64,000 nucleotides of DNA from Felis catus. Its lineage: Eukaryota. The notes beneath the pieces were generated by a model. The model had not been told where the DNA came from. It saw only the letters and a list, made by a program, of their open reading frames with translations, and did not search any database. A program made the position numbers and the translations under genes. Positions 12,501-24,610 of this stretch are shown piece after piece (positions within the stretch are counted from its first letter, which is position 1; each line of letters begins with the position of its first letter). Location of the stretch: the NCBI RefSeq assembly GCF_018350175.1, contig NC_058368.1, forward strand, positions 64,792,001 to 64,856,000, read 5' to 3'.

Positions 12501-14655
12501 GCCCCTGCCAGGGCTGTTTGCCCACTGCCAGGCTTTTGGCACTGTTTTGGATGGCCTCTGGTCAAAGGTCTAGTTGAGGGGGCAGATCCACAGGAGAACA
12601 TGGAGTGGGGTGTACAATGCCATCAAAGTCTGTCCTCAACTGAGGTGGGAGGAGAAAAATCCTGGCAAGGCTGACCAGCTTGGAGGGGGTGAATTCTCAG
12701 AAGTACTCAGTGGTGGGGTGTTCTGTTAGCAAGCTAGGTGGAGACCGTTCTCACTGTGCTGCTTCCTGCAGGTATTCACACATCTGGACTGGAGGGCATG
12801 GGGAGGGAAATGATGCCTGCCAGCTCTTGTTCTTGGAGAAGTTTCCCAAAGATCCCCTCCCCTTTAGCACATGCTCTGAGATTAGGAAATAAATCTCCTT
12901 TTCTTATACCCCAGGTGCTTTTCAAACTGCTTCTTTTATGCTGTTTCTCAGTGGGGGGGAGGCTGTTTGTTGTGTTATGTCTTTAAGGGTGGGGACTCAG
13001 TTTACTAATGCCTTCAGGCTCTCCCAGGGCTGAATTCACTGATTTTTTTCTTCTTTTTTTTTTTAGGTTTCAAGTATTAAACACCACTGATTGTAAGAAT
13101 TTACAAAATATGACACCTCTGTTTTTCAGAGCCAAATATTATGATTGTCTTCCCCATGCAGAGCCCCTGTGACTAGGTTACCTAGTGTGGGGTTCTGCTC
13201 CTCACCCCTTTTTGAGCCCACGCTGTCGCTGAGTCCAGTGTGCATTCCGCTGATTTATTCAGCTTCAGACAGCATCTCTGCCCTTCCTAACCTCTTCAAT
13301 GTGTCCTCTTTTCTATATTTAGATGTGGAGAATCTGTTCTGCCAGACATTGGTCTATTCTCTTGGCTATTCTACACTGATTTGAGTGTTATCTAGTTGTA
13401 TCTATGAGAGAAGTTGAGCTTAGCATCCTCCTAGACTGCCATCTTTCCAACCTTTGATTTTTTTAACTTTTTAATGGTACAACAGTGCTATTTTTCAGTC
13501 CAAAATAAATAAACACAGCTCTAAGACTATAGTTTTTCTATGAATCTTACAGTTTACTTATTGCACACTTTAATAAATTTCCATGTTTAGGAAACTAGAA
13601 ACTCATGACTGGAATGAGACTGGGTGTTTTGTCAAAAACATAATATCCATATAGCAGGACTTTAGTTTTATGCAATGAACAAACAGGAGCTATTTCTGTA
13701 ACTATTCTAATTTATTTTCACATATTATTTCTTAGAAATGACCATCATCATTCCCATATAGTGCTATGTGTGAACATTTACCATATATATGTGGCCTAAG
13801 GTTATTTTATTATTTGGAAAACAGCTTATGTATCTTCCATTGAAAGATTGTCCTTATCTTGAAAAGAAATGGCACTATTTTATTCAGAGTTTATATTTTG
13901 GAATACTAATCAGATAAAATTTTTTGCATTAAATAACACTGTATTATTTGCAAAGACCTGCTATAGTTGTGAGAAAATTAAAACTTTAGTAAATTTTGCT
14001 GGCCAAGACTTTTGAAATAACTGTGCCATAGCATAAATGTATAAACAGAGACAAATTGATAGACAAAATGCACTAAAAGTCCAAAGCAATGAGTATATTT
14101 GGAACAGATTGTTTTATTGTTCTAATACCGTATGCTGATTATTTGTAAGCTTACAGACATAGAGTATAGAATGTACTACTCAGCATTTTTTCCAAATCTA
14201 TTTCCATTATGATGTTTTCAGGAGATCCACTTGCCATTACAAGAAGATATTATGAGTTCAGATTAAATCATTGGTTAATTAGAAAAATCTAAGATTAGAG
14301 TATTTTTTATGATTTCTTCAACTGAAGAAATAAGAGTAATTGTACTATTGTGCTGTACATAAGATTCCAATGATTATGGAATTGGGCATATTTCAGGTTC
14401 AGTCCCTGTTCTACCATTAACTAGATAACCTTTCCCTTCCCTGGGTTTTTATAAAGTATATGGACATTAGCATTCTACAGAGCAACATTGGCGTAGCCTA
14501 AAATTATTCAATTTGCCCTTATTGAATAGCTCCTAAATAATCAAGTGGGAAGAAAGCATAAGATCTACTATGAGGGCGCTATGTTTATGAATTTTACAAT
14601 GTAGTTGGGGACACCAGATACATAGACAAACTTGACAACAGCAAGTATAGAAAAC

Positions 14656-14861
14656 TTTTTTTTCATGTTTTATTTATTTTTAAGAGAGACTACACAAGCA
14701 GGGGAGGAGCAGAGAGAGGGGGGCGGGGGACAGAGGATCCAAAGCAGGCTTTGTGCTGACAATGGCAAGCCTGATGCATGGCTGGAACTCACAAACTGTG
14801 AGTGAAATCATGACCTAAGCCAAAGTTGGACACTCAACTGACTGAGACCCCCAGGTGTCCC
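14656..14861 (-). mobile_element. Can-SINE (SINEC_Fc2-like)
   Basis: Poly-T tail, (GA) tract, tRNA-derived head ending ccaggtgtccc; TSD gtatagaaa(a/c)cttt. Confidence 0.95.
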
Positions 14862-16114
14862 TGTATAGAAACCTTTTATTTAAATGTAATTAGGACCAGT
14901 TGTTTGATGGTTAATCTAAAAAATCACCTAAAGAATGGAATTTTAAAAATACAAATCATATTAATTGGCCAATAATTTGATATAAAATCAAGACCATTTG
15001 ATCCTCACTCTATTGACTGGAATTTTTTTATACATTATCTTCCTTATATAAATCATAATGAATCAATTATAACTTCCAATTGCGATGTATTAAAATAGAA
15101 CAAAAAATAATGAATGTCAAATCTTTGAAATTATTATAATTTTGCCTCATTATTATTTTATAATTTCTTCTTCAATTTTATAGTAGTTTAACCCTTATTA
15201 TAATTTAACTTAATATTCTCTAAACTTTTCAAAGTATAATATCTTTTTGTAGAAACAAACCCATCTTTTAAAAATCATACCATTGATTTTATTTATGTGA
15301 TTATATAGTTAAATCGCATACAGCCGAAACAGGTAGGTAAGCAAACATATTTGAATTATGGTTGACTTTAGCTAAGTTGAGGTAGCCAACCCAGATAGGC
15401 CTAACAGAAAGCATGCTATTGTTTTACAGGAAGAATGTAAAACATCAGCTGATCTATTAAGTTAGTTAAATGAAGCTCAATTAAAATGATGTATATGGTA
15501 AGTTCTAAATCGTGGTTTTGCTCTATGGACTTGTAAAGCAATAAAAGTTCTGAGAAAGAAGAGATATTCGGGAAGGTTCACCGTTAGGTAAAATTTACAA
15601 TTGGGCTTTTATTCATGGATATGGAAGGATTCAAAAGGAGAGATCCAGGGAGGTTATTCTAGATGAAGAAAGAAATAGGATCAGAGACACAGGTAGGAGT
15701 AGACATGGAACCTGGTTTTGGTCAGAAGGAGAGTATGCATTGCTGAGCAAAGGTTGGAATAGGCTGATGACTCACTTTACACCAGACCACCATTAATAAC
15801 TGGAAATCCATGTTCCTTACCTACCTGTCTGCTAAGCAAATCTGGCACCCTATACTGAGAATAGGAGACTGGGTGCCCTGCCTAATCCTCAACTCCATCA
15901 GTCTCACAGAGACTTCAGATTTAGAAATTATAGAGTAAGTAGGCTTTGAATGGGAAGTTCTAGAAAAGGAGCATGGCATATCTGCCAACGTTTCTCTTAA
16001 TTGAGATGAGGGGGCGTGTATGTCTCAAATTAATTATAACTTGCCAGATTTCTAAATCTGTTTAGAGAATAGAGTTTCCTTTCCTCAAATATCTGACTAC
16101 CCCTTTATATTTAA

Positions 16115-17365
16115 TTCTTGCATTCAGTGAATGTTTAATGTATGCTTATATAAGTATTATATACATTTTTAGCCATTAAGAATACTGTGAATAAAATACA
16201 CAATAGTTCCCATTAGCCACCTGGTTGTGAGAGGAAGTAAATAAATCCATAAAATACAACAGTTAAGAAATAGATTTTGATATATCTTAATTACATTAGA
16301 TGATAGTAAGTGCTGTAGAGAAGACCAAAATAGGGAAGTGATAAAGAAACACTGAGCTTGGGGCTAAAACTTCAATTTTAAATATGACTATCAAGGAAGT
16401 CCTCACTGAATAAAAGAATGACATTCCTGGGGCGCCTGGGTGGCTCAGTCGGTTAAGCGGCCGACTTCAGCTCAGGTCACAATCTCGCGGTCCGTGAGTT
16501 TGAGCCCAGCGTCGGGCTCTGGGCTGATGGCTCAGAGCCTGGAGCCTGCTTCCGATTCTGTGTCTCCCTCTCTCTCTGCCCCTCCCCCGTTCATGCTCTC
16601 TCTCTGTCTCAAAAATAAATAAAACGTTAAAAAAAATGACATTCCATAAAGAAATTGAAGATGATGAGAGAGGTCATAAAGTGAGTGTAGGGAGGAAGAA
16701 TATTCCAAGTAATGGGACCAACAAATACAAAGAGACAGAAGATGTATGTTCAAGAAACAGCAAGCAGGTCTCCAGACTATAGCAGTGATTGAAGTGGAAA
16801 ATACTAGAAGAGTTCATGGATGTAAAACAAAGGAGCAGCTCAACAATGGACGGCTTTACATGCCATTATAGAGACTTGGATGTTACTGAGAATGAGATGG
16901 AAACTTTGAATAGAGAATGATGTAATTCACAATTAAATGACCTCCTGGCTATTGAGGTAAGAATTGATTGTAGGGAGGAAGGGTAGATGGTCAAGATGCT
17001 ATTGGTGTCATCCAGGAAAGATAGGATGATTTGTACCAGGACTGTAGTGGGAAGAGGTGGTCATATTTTTTTATATTTTTAAAGGAAAGTGAGATTTGCT
17101 GACATGGGAATGTGATCCAAATTTTTGGCCTGAGCCAAAAGGCAGTAAAGTTCCTATTTAAGTAGGTATAATAAGATGGAAAAGATATGAGGCAAGGACT
17201 GGATTTAGGGGAGGAAAAATCAGAATTTGGTTTGAGACATGTTAAGGTGGAGAAACCAAATGGAGATGTCTGATATCTAAATTTAAGTTCAGAAACTATG
17301 AATGTATAAAATTTGGATTATTACCATCAAGCTGGTATTTGAAGCCATAAGACTGGATGAGGTCA
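16115..17365 (-). mobile_element. L2a LINE relic, interrupted by a SINE
   Basis: L2 3' end reverse (cattcagtgaatgtttaatg), aagtgctgtagagaag, aagaaacagcaagcagg, tttggtttgagacatgttaagg. Confidence 0.8.
16429..16634 (+). mobile_element. Young Can-SINE (SINEC_Fc)
   Basis: ggggcgcctgggtggctcagtcggttaagcggccgacttc with CpGs retained; (CT) tract, AATAAA tail; TSD aatgacattcc at 16417-16427 and 16635-16645. Confidence 0.98.
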
Positions 17366-17453
17366 GTTTTAGTTTACTGTATTTTTATATATCATGTTTC
17401 AAGCACCATGGTTTAGATACTTTAACTTTTTTGGCTACAAGAAAATATTTGGT

Positions 17454-17646
17454 GGGGCACCTGGGTGACTAATTTGGTCAAGCATCCAACTTCGGCTCAG
17501 GTCATGATCACACAGTTCGTGAGTTTGAGCACCACATTGGGCTGTTTGCTCTCAATGCAGACCCTGCTTCAGATCCTCTGTCCCCCTCTCTCTCTGCCCC
17601 ACCCTGCTCACACACACACACTCACAAAAATAAATAAAACATTAAA
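17454..17646 (+). mobile_element. Can-SINE (SINEC_Fc2-like)
   Basis: ggggcacctgggtgac head, gctcaggtcatgatc, A-rich tail; degenerate TSD aaata/ctttgg. Confidence 0.95.
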
Positions 17647-18963
17647 AGAAATCTTTGGCAAATTCCACAAGAATGAGGATTTGATTTACTTTTTGTTATC
17701 AAATGTGTGACTCCAGTAGGATGTATGATTTTAGTACATCTAATTTCCTATCAACTTCAAGATATCGGAAAGTTCCTATATTTATTAACAGTATTTTCCC
17801 AGTACAATACTCTTAATCAGATAGAACTATATCACTTAATTTCACAGAAATATAGTTTCATGGCTTAGTGATACCACTATTATATTACAAATTATGAAAT
17901 CATGCTGACTTGTGGGCAGCAACAGAGCACACGTTTTAATATAAGTTAATTTGCATACATTACTTAAGTTATGAAAATACCTTCAGAGATCAGACAGATT
18001 TTATTAATTCTGAACCATGTCAAGGTATCATTTAATAATTCTCAAGGGCCCAACACTGGCAAAAACATATGCTGCAGTGTATGTGTTTCCTGTTTCCTTC
18101 TAATTTTTTTAATCATGGTTCATGAGTGAATGCTATGAAGTCTAATTAATTTAATTAATGGATCTCAGGGCCATTGGTCCTTGCATTAACATGAATTACT
18201 CTGTGAAGAAAGAGGCTTCTCTCTCTCTCTTTTAAGGGAAAAGGATTTTAGTGACCTCCAGTCACCTGGCTGAACTAAGCAACAATTTCTTTTAGAACAG
18301 AAAATAATGCAGTTCTAACAAGCCTTCAGCATGGAGTATAACACTATCACTAAAATTTCTGTTCATGTTATTCCAGGGCTAATAAAATGGAATATTATAA
18401 TCCAACCCTGAGGAAATTTGAGATAGTCTCATATTTTTTCAGCTAAACCAGAAAATAATTATAGGGAAGTGCCAAAAACTACCCTCAAATAGTTTGAAAA
18501 ATAATTTCTATCCATTCTCTCTGTGTTCTCTGTTTTATTCCTGGCAGGTTTTGTTACTCTTACATCAAAGTTCTTTGGCTACTTAATTTTCCTGCCATGT
18601 CTTTTTCTTTTATTTTTTAAAATTTCCTGTCATTTCAAACCAAAAAGTCATACATATAACAGGTAAAATGTATCATCTTTTTGCTTTTGCAACAACTGTC
18701 AGTGTCCACTGTAAGATTGCAAGGTTTTTAGTTGTGTGTTTTCATTGATAGTCCTTATTCAAATTTAGTCAGTTAAGTGAAAAGAACTTGTGATAAGATC
18801 AATAGTAAATAGAAAAATAAATTGAAATGAAGAGAAAATAAAGCTATGTATTGATGATAGATTGCTATAATCACTTAAAGACTTTGTTCTTCCAGTCAGA
18901 TTATACAGTGTAATTTTCACAATGTACCCAATGGTTATTTGATACCATATTTGTTGAGGATAG

Positions 18964-19479
18964 TGTAACTGAGTCCAAGCTCAATATGCTTTCTATAAAA
19001 CAGGCTAGTAAGTCAAGAGGCAAGATGTTAGGACAAAGTGGCTTTTTTTCAGAAAGCCAGCAAACTAAGGAGATCAGTGGTAGACAATCGATTGTCCCAA
19101 AGAATCATCTCCCTTTGGCCTGAAATTTGACCTTCTTTTATGTTAGGAAGAGGAGATAGTGGGATGGGGGAGTCAAAAAGTGACTGACATCTGTAGACAT
19201 TGCAGGAAGGTAGTGTAACTTCTTTGTCCTTGGTCAGTTCATCTTTGCCAATAGGAATCTGGTTATGTCATTCCTGTAAGTCTTAAATGTAGCATAGTCA
19301 TTTCTACATGTACTTATCTCTTCGGGTGAGATAGAGTTCAGGTAAAAAACAGGTTTTGCAAACTTAGCTGTAACATGCTTATGTGCAGGGCTAAGCAGAA
19401 GTTTCTAAACTGTAGGTCATAGTAGCAAGGGAAATAGAAGCAATATGGAGTCAGACATGCTAAGTTTCCTCCTGTTACA
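18964..19479 (-). mobile_element. ERV1-class solo LTR (516 bp)
   Basis: Perfect terminal inverted repeat TGTAAC...GTTACA; 4-bp flanks atag/gtag; minus-strand start contains tgactccatattg, typical of MER4-group LTRs. Confidence 0.8.
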
Positions 19480-19864
19480 GTAGTAATAATAACTTGATGA
19501 CTGAAAAACTAGTATAAAGGACTTTCACCCTTCAGGAAGTAAGTAAGGGACATGTATCATAAATTCTCTCCCGAAAAGGTAGAGGGAAATGTATATCGAT
19601 ATGGCCCATAAAACATAGCAGGAAGACACAGGGACTATGTATTTCAGTCCTAGTGCATCTACAAAATAGGATTATCAAGAGACTCCTTCAGATCCATATA
19701 CCAACAGTTTATTTCTCATTTCTACCTGAATATCCTTCAGGTAACTCTACTTCATTCATTATCTTCCTTCAAAGAGTTATTAGCATCCAAGACAGAGAAT
19801 TGGGAGCTCTTCTACTCTCTGTCCCCTCCCACTACTTGAGTCACATAATGTAATCTTTGGTCTG

Positions 19865-20040
19865 ACTTAGAAAGTCAGATAAGTCAATGTAGCTCTGCCT
19901 GTATGCAGATGCATCTAAAATCTATGTGACCTTCAAGAAGCTACTCACCACCTCTGAAAACAGTTTAGGGAAATAATTTTTCCAGAATTAATTCTAATGA
20001 GGATTAAAATAACATGTTTGGTATTTCATGAGCTCTCAAT
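19865..20040 (+). mobile_element. MIR relic
   Basis: tgtgaccttcaagaagctactcaccacctctg...gaggattaaaataaca. Confidence 0.55.
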
Positions 20041-20149
20041 TTCCATTTGCTCTCATTGTTTATTCAGATTAGTATAAAACCCTGTGAATTCTATGTCCTC
20101 TTCGATCTGTTTTCTCTCTCTGTTGTCACCAATAAATACCCTCCTCTCT

Positions 20150-20818
20150 CTTCCTCTATCACATTTTATGAGATCCCGCCCCCTTCAGCTTCTCCAACTC
20201 CATCTGCAATCCAGCCTGCACAACACTCTCAGGGCAGTGGTTATAAAATGTAAATCTCATTTTGTTGTACCTCATTACACCTTCAATGCCACGCCCTTGC
20301 CTCCTGATAAAATGTAATCTCCTTAGCTTTAGATGGATCTTGATCTTTTATGATCTGACTCCACCCCTTTCTCCTTCCTAAGTCTCTCCACCTAATAGTC
20401 CACCTCATACTCCACCCCCTTGTATTGAACAACTTGGACCTACTTGCCTCTTTTTAACCCATGGTATTGCTGTATTGCCTCCTAACTTTGCACCCAGTGT
20501 TCCTGTGGTCGAAAACAGCATTCTCCTTGTTAGCCTGAAAAATTCTATTCATCTTTTATGACCGAATTCAGTCTTCTCTTCTGAGTGACCTTCCTATGAT
20601 AAATTGACTATATCTTATTTTGTGGTTTCATGGCCCATTAGGCATTCTTCAAACGTCCAATGTAACAGTGTCTGATATTTGTCATTATATGCCTATATCC
20701 CCTGCTGGCTTTGAGAAATTTGAGGGCTGTGTTGTAGCCATTTTGTTTTCCTAGTGTCTAGCATATAATATACATATGTTTGTGTTTTGGGGTGCCTGAA
20801 TGAATGAATGAATGAATG
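20150..20818 (+). mobile_element. L2 3' relic
   Basis: taaaatgtaaatctca, atgatctgactcc, ctagtgtctagcat and terminal (TGAA)n. Confidence 0.7.
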
Positions 20819-22489
20819 GAGTAAACACACCAATAAATGATGAGAAAGCCAGAACTGATATCTTGTCTGTGCCTCTTAAACTATATTACAAACAGACTGA
20901 CTCAACTGAAAATTCCAGTTCATATTCTTCTGTTTGTTTTCATTGTTGTATATATGTAGCAAAAAGCTTTGTTACTTCCAAAAATTCCTTCTGTGGTACC
21001 AATAAATCAGTGTCTTCTGGGAATAACATTATGTCCTCTCTCCTCTCCTTTTTTTTTTTTTTTAACTAATACTGTTTTAAAAAGAGTACAAGTTTATGAT
21101 TTTGTACATTAATTTTTTATAGTACATGTAATAGGATCCCTGCTATTTCTCTGTAAGTAGTTATGTTAAAATATTCATACTTATGTTTGTGAAGATCTAT
21201 ATGTGACAGAGCATATATTATTATAATCTTATTTTAAGAGGAAATATAGATGAAAAGATATTCTTTTATTGTTCTTAATATAAAACTTCTAAATTAAATA
21301 TACGAAAGCGCTCATCTAGAAGATAATAGAATCATAAGCAGAACACAGGAAAAGACTTACAAAGCACAAATTATATTTCAAAAAAAGTTAGTTTTCTTCC
21401 AATAGAATTACTGAGGTAGGACATGATGAAAGAAAAGATTTATAATAAGTTTATATGGCAGTTAATTATTTAATACAGATTGTGTAAATTTTACCTATAA
21501 AACTCTATCAAATAGTTTATGATATTACAAGAAGTTTTTAATTTATTCATGTTCAACAGAAAAGTTAATTATAGATAAAATATAAATCAAGTGGAAAACA
21601 TTGCATTGATATTTCATGCCTTTCTATGGAGAATGTAAAATTAGGGATAATGTTAAAACACAAGAGAAAGCTCTTCTCCACCCTTTACATTCTGAGAATA
21701 GGGTAATGGCCACAAGGCCAAGAATGAGGAAGTTGAAACAGAAGTCAGTGCAGTAGAAGGAGTTATGATCCTGAATGTGAGATGAAATTTTGTTCTGAGA
21801 GTTTTTACTACCAGTGGGATGAGATATCTACACCAGAACACTTAGATATGAAGTGGGTAAACCTGGGGACAAGACCACCATTAGGGATGGGGCCATTCCC
21901 AGCAAGATAAATGCAGGGAAGAAATGGGGGGGGGGGGAGACAAGAATGACAGAGAGGGAACGTGGTTTAAAAAAGTGTAAAGGAGAAAATGTAGAAAAAC
22001 CCCAGAAGGATCCAGACCAAAGGGTTTGCAAAAATAGTCTATTCCCAGGGAAGGTGGGTAACATAGAAACTTGGAAGATCGTGTCTGGAGTTCTATCTCC
22101 ATGGCCTAGGACACCAGTTATGGAGAAACAGAACACAAGATTTTTCTTTTTCTAGAATTCATTCTTAGTTAAAAGAATTGCTACTCATGGGCCGGTTAGA
22201 GTGAAATTTATTAGTCCTAAAAATGGGTGAAACTAGACCTATTGTAGCCTTTAATTCTTATGTTGGCACCAGAGCAAAGGCAAATTAATGTGTGTTGTTT
22301 CAGTAATCAAGTGTTAAAAGTAAGTAACTTATAAACAAAATGTTTATTTACTTTTCCTATTTTGCTTTATAGTTAAATTCATTAATGTAGTATTTCAACG
22401 TTATTATTCGAATGAAAGACTATGTCAGTTCTTAGATACAATCTGTCTCTGTTCATTCATCTCAGTGAGACATGGTAGAAGCTGTATAT

Positions 22490-23312
22490 TTCTTTTAATT
22501 ATTAGACATTATTTAGGCTTAAAGAAAAAAAATGAGTGGAAAGGACAAATTTCCTATATGCTCCCTCCCCCCCATTTCTCCTATTTTTTAACATCCCATG
22601 GTAATTTTAAGATTTGTGTGTAACATTTATTACAATTGATGAAATAATATTGATACATTATTAGTAACTAAAGTCCATAGATACATTATGGGTCACTCTT
22701 TGTTTTATGTATCCTATTTATCCCTTCTTCCTTACCTCCCCAGCAGCTAACTTTTCCAGAATGTCACATAGTTGAAATCATTCAGTACATAACTTTCTCA
22801 GATTGCCTTCTTTCACTTAGCACCTTGCATTTAAGAGCCTCCCATATCTTTTTGTGGCTTGATCGCATGTGTCTTTTTAACACTAAATAATAATCCTTTG
22901 TATGTATATACCATGATTTCTTGTACATTGCCTGTTGAAAGATATCTTGCTTTTAAGTTTGGGCAATTATGACTAAACGTTTGTTATAAACATTTGTGTG
23001 CAGGTTTTTGCACAGATGTAAGTCTTCAACTTATCTGGGTTAATATCAGAGAGCATGATTACTGTGATTATATCATAAGAGTGTGTTCAGTTTTGTGAGA
23101 AACTGGCAAACACTTCCAAAGTGGCTGGACCCTTTTGCATTCCCATCAGCAGTAGATAAGATGTGTTCATCTTGCCAGCATTCAGTGTTGCCAGTATTTT
23201 AGATCTTGGCCATTCTAACAGGTACATAGTGATAGCTCACTGTTGTTTAATTTGTAGTTTCCTAATTGTATATGATGCTAAGTATATTTCTATATGCTTA
23301 TATGCCATTAGC
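22490..23312 (-). mobile_element. Old L1 3' fragment (L1MC/L1MD-like)
   Basis: ttacaattgatgaaataatattgatacattattagtaactaaagtccatag; ttccaaagtggctggacccttttgcattcccatcagc. Confidence 0.85.
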
Positions 23313-23384
23313 TGTCTTTTTGCCATCACTAAGATCAACACTCCTGTCATCACTTTTCCCTTCTATTGCCAGTAAGATCCAGTA

Positions 23385-23602
23385 TTTTTTTAAAGTTTAT
23401 TAATTTATTTTGAGAGACAGAGACAGAGAGAACAGGAGTGGGGAGGGGCAGAGAGAGAGAAAGGAAGAAAGAGAATCCCAAGTAGGCTCTGCAGTGTCAG
23501 CATGGAGCCCGACGAAGGGCTCAATCTCACGAACCATAGGATCATGACCTGAGCCAAAATCATGAATCAGATGCTTAATGAATTGAGCCATCCAAGCATC
23601 CC
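23385..23602 (-). mobile_element. Can-SINE
   Basis: Poly-T/(GA) tail, gatcatgacctgagcc, head ccaagcatccc; TSD agatccagta at 23375-23384 and 23605-23614. Confidence 0.96.
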
Positions 23603-23879
23603 TGAGATCCAGTACTTTTTCGTGGAAAATAAAACGTACGCTGGCTACCACACTTTTTGTATATATTTATAATAAATTCTGATAACTGATAAGGCAAGCC
23701 AAGCCCCACTCTCTGCATCTTTAAAAGTAACTTAGTTATTTATGAGAATTTAATACTCTGCACATTTTAGAATAAAATGTTTTATTAAAGTCAATCACCA
23801 TAATAGATTTATTGAGAGAAGTTTTAATAGTTGAAAGAATTTTTAGCAGTAAATTATGACATCCATTAACATGACATAT

Positions 23880-24055
23880 TTCTCCATTTATTTGGATCAT
23901 TTTTTAATCAAATATGTTTGTAAAATTTTATACATAAATGGCTTTAGTATTCTTTGGTAGGTTAATTATAAGGTACTCTGTAGTGTTCCAATTTATATTA
24001 CAGTTTTACACCTTCAATTAAATTATTACTGGTACAGAAAAACATTTCAAGTGTG

Positions 24056-24121
<66 letters not shown>

Positions 24122-24610
24122 GGTTTATTTGTGACAGTCTTGGTGAATTTGCTTATATGTTCTAATGGCTTTGTGCTTATTTGATTGGGCTTTCCTGTGG
24201 TGACCACAGGACTTGCAAATGATGACACCTTTGTGTTTTTATACTAAGTATTTATACTTCATTTTCTTTACCTCTTATGATATTGTCCAACCTCTCCAAA
24301 TCAACACTTTTCTGTTCAATACTGAACAGAAGTGATACTGATGGTCATCGCATATTTTCCCCAAATTAAAGAGAACATATCCAGAATACCTCAATTACAT
24401 GTGATGCATGCTAGATTTTTTATAGAGAGAGTTTATGAAGTTCAAGAAGTGCCTTTGTAGTAAACATTGTGTTTCTAAAAAAGAAATATTAAACTTTTCC
24501 AAATGTGTTTGTTTCTATTGCCGTGTCTGCCCAATTTCTCATTTGTAGTCTATGAAAGTGTTCAATTGTTAGACTTTCTAATGTTGAACTATCTGTTTAT
24601 TTAGATTTCC
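23880..24610 (-). mobile_element. Ancient L1ME ORF2 fragment containing (TG)n at 24050-24120
   Basis: ttgcaaatgatgacacc, aatactgaacagaagtgatactgatggtcatc, ctaatgttgaacta. Confidence 0.65.

Larger units (their letters stand above)
6172..13448 (-). mobile_element. Full-length degenerate LINE-1 (carnivore L1_Carn/L1MA9-like)
   Basis: 3' end at ~6172. ORF2 remnants include the N-terminus MAVSTYLSIITLNVNILNAPIKRHR (ATG at 10663) and the C-terminal [12 protein letters not shown]1 motif (ctgctgaaaaatcagttggcagcctt) at ~11330-11350. GC-richer 5'UTR at 12.0-13.4 kb, ending in the AAGATGGC (YY1) motif at 13438-13445. Many stops and frameshifts. Confidence 0.93.

Noticed and set aside
15329..15828. 13-bp perfect inverted repeat (acaggtaggtaag / cttacctacctgt) about 470 bp apart
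   Set aside because: No TSD or transposon-like interior; a match of this length and spacing is plausible by chance in 64 kb.
16429..16510. tRNA-like A/B boxes
   Set aside because: tRNA-derived SINE heads followed by SINE body and tail; not tRNA genes.
16440..16622. MAQSVKRPTSAQV-type ORFs (also 17465, 35603, 44133)
   Set aside because: Conceptual translations of Can-SINEs, not genes.
18548..18662. AG...GT exon-like interval
   Set aside because: Interior is very T-rich and intron-like, and the donor (gtaaaa) is weak.
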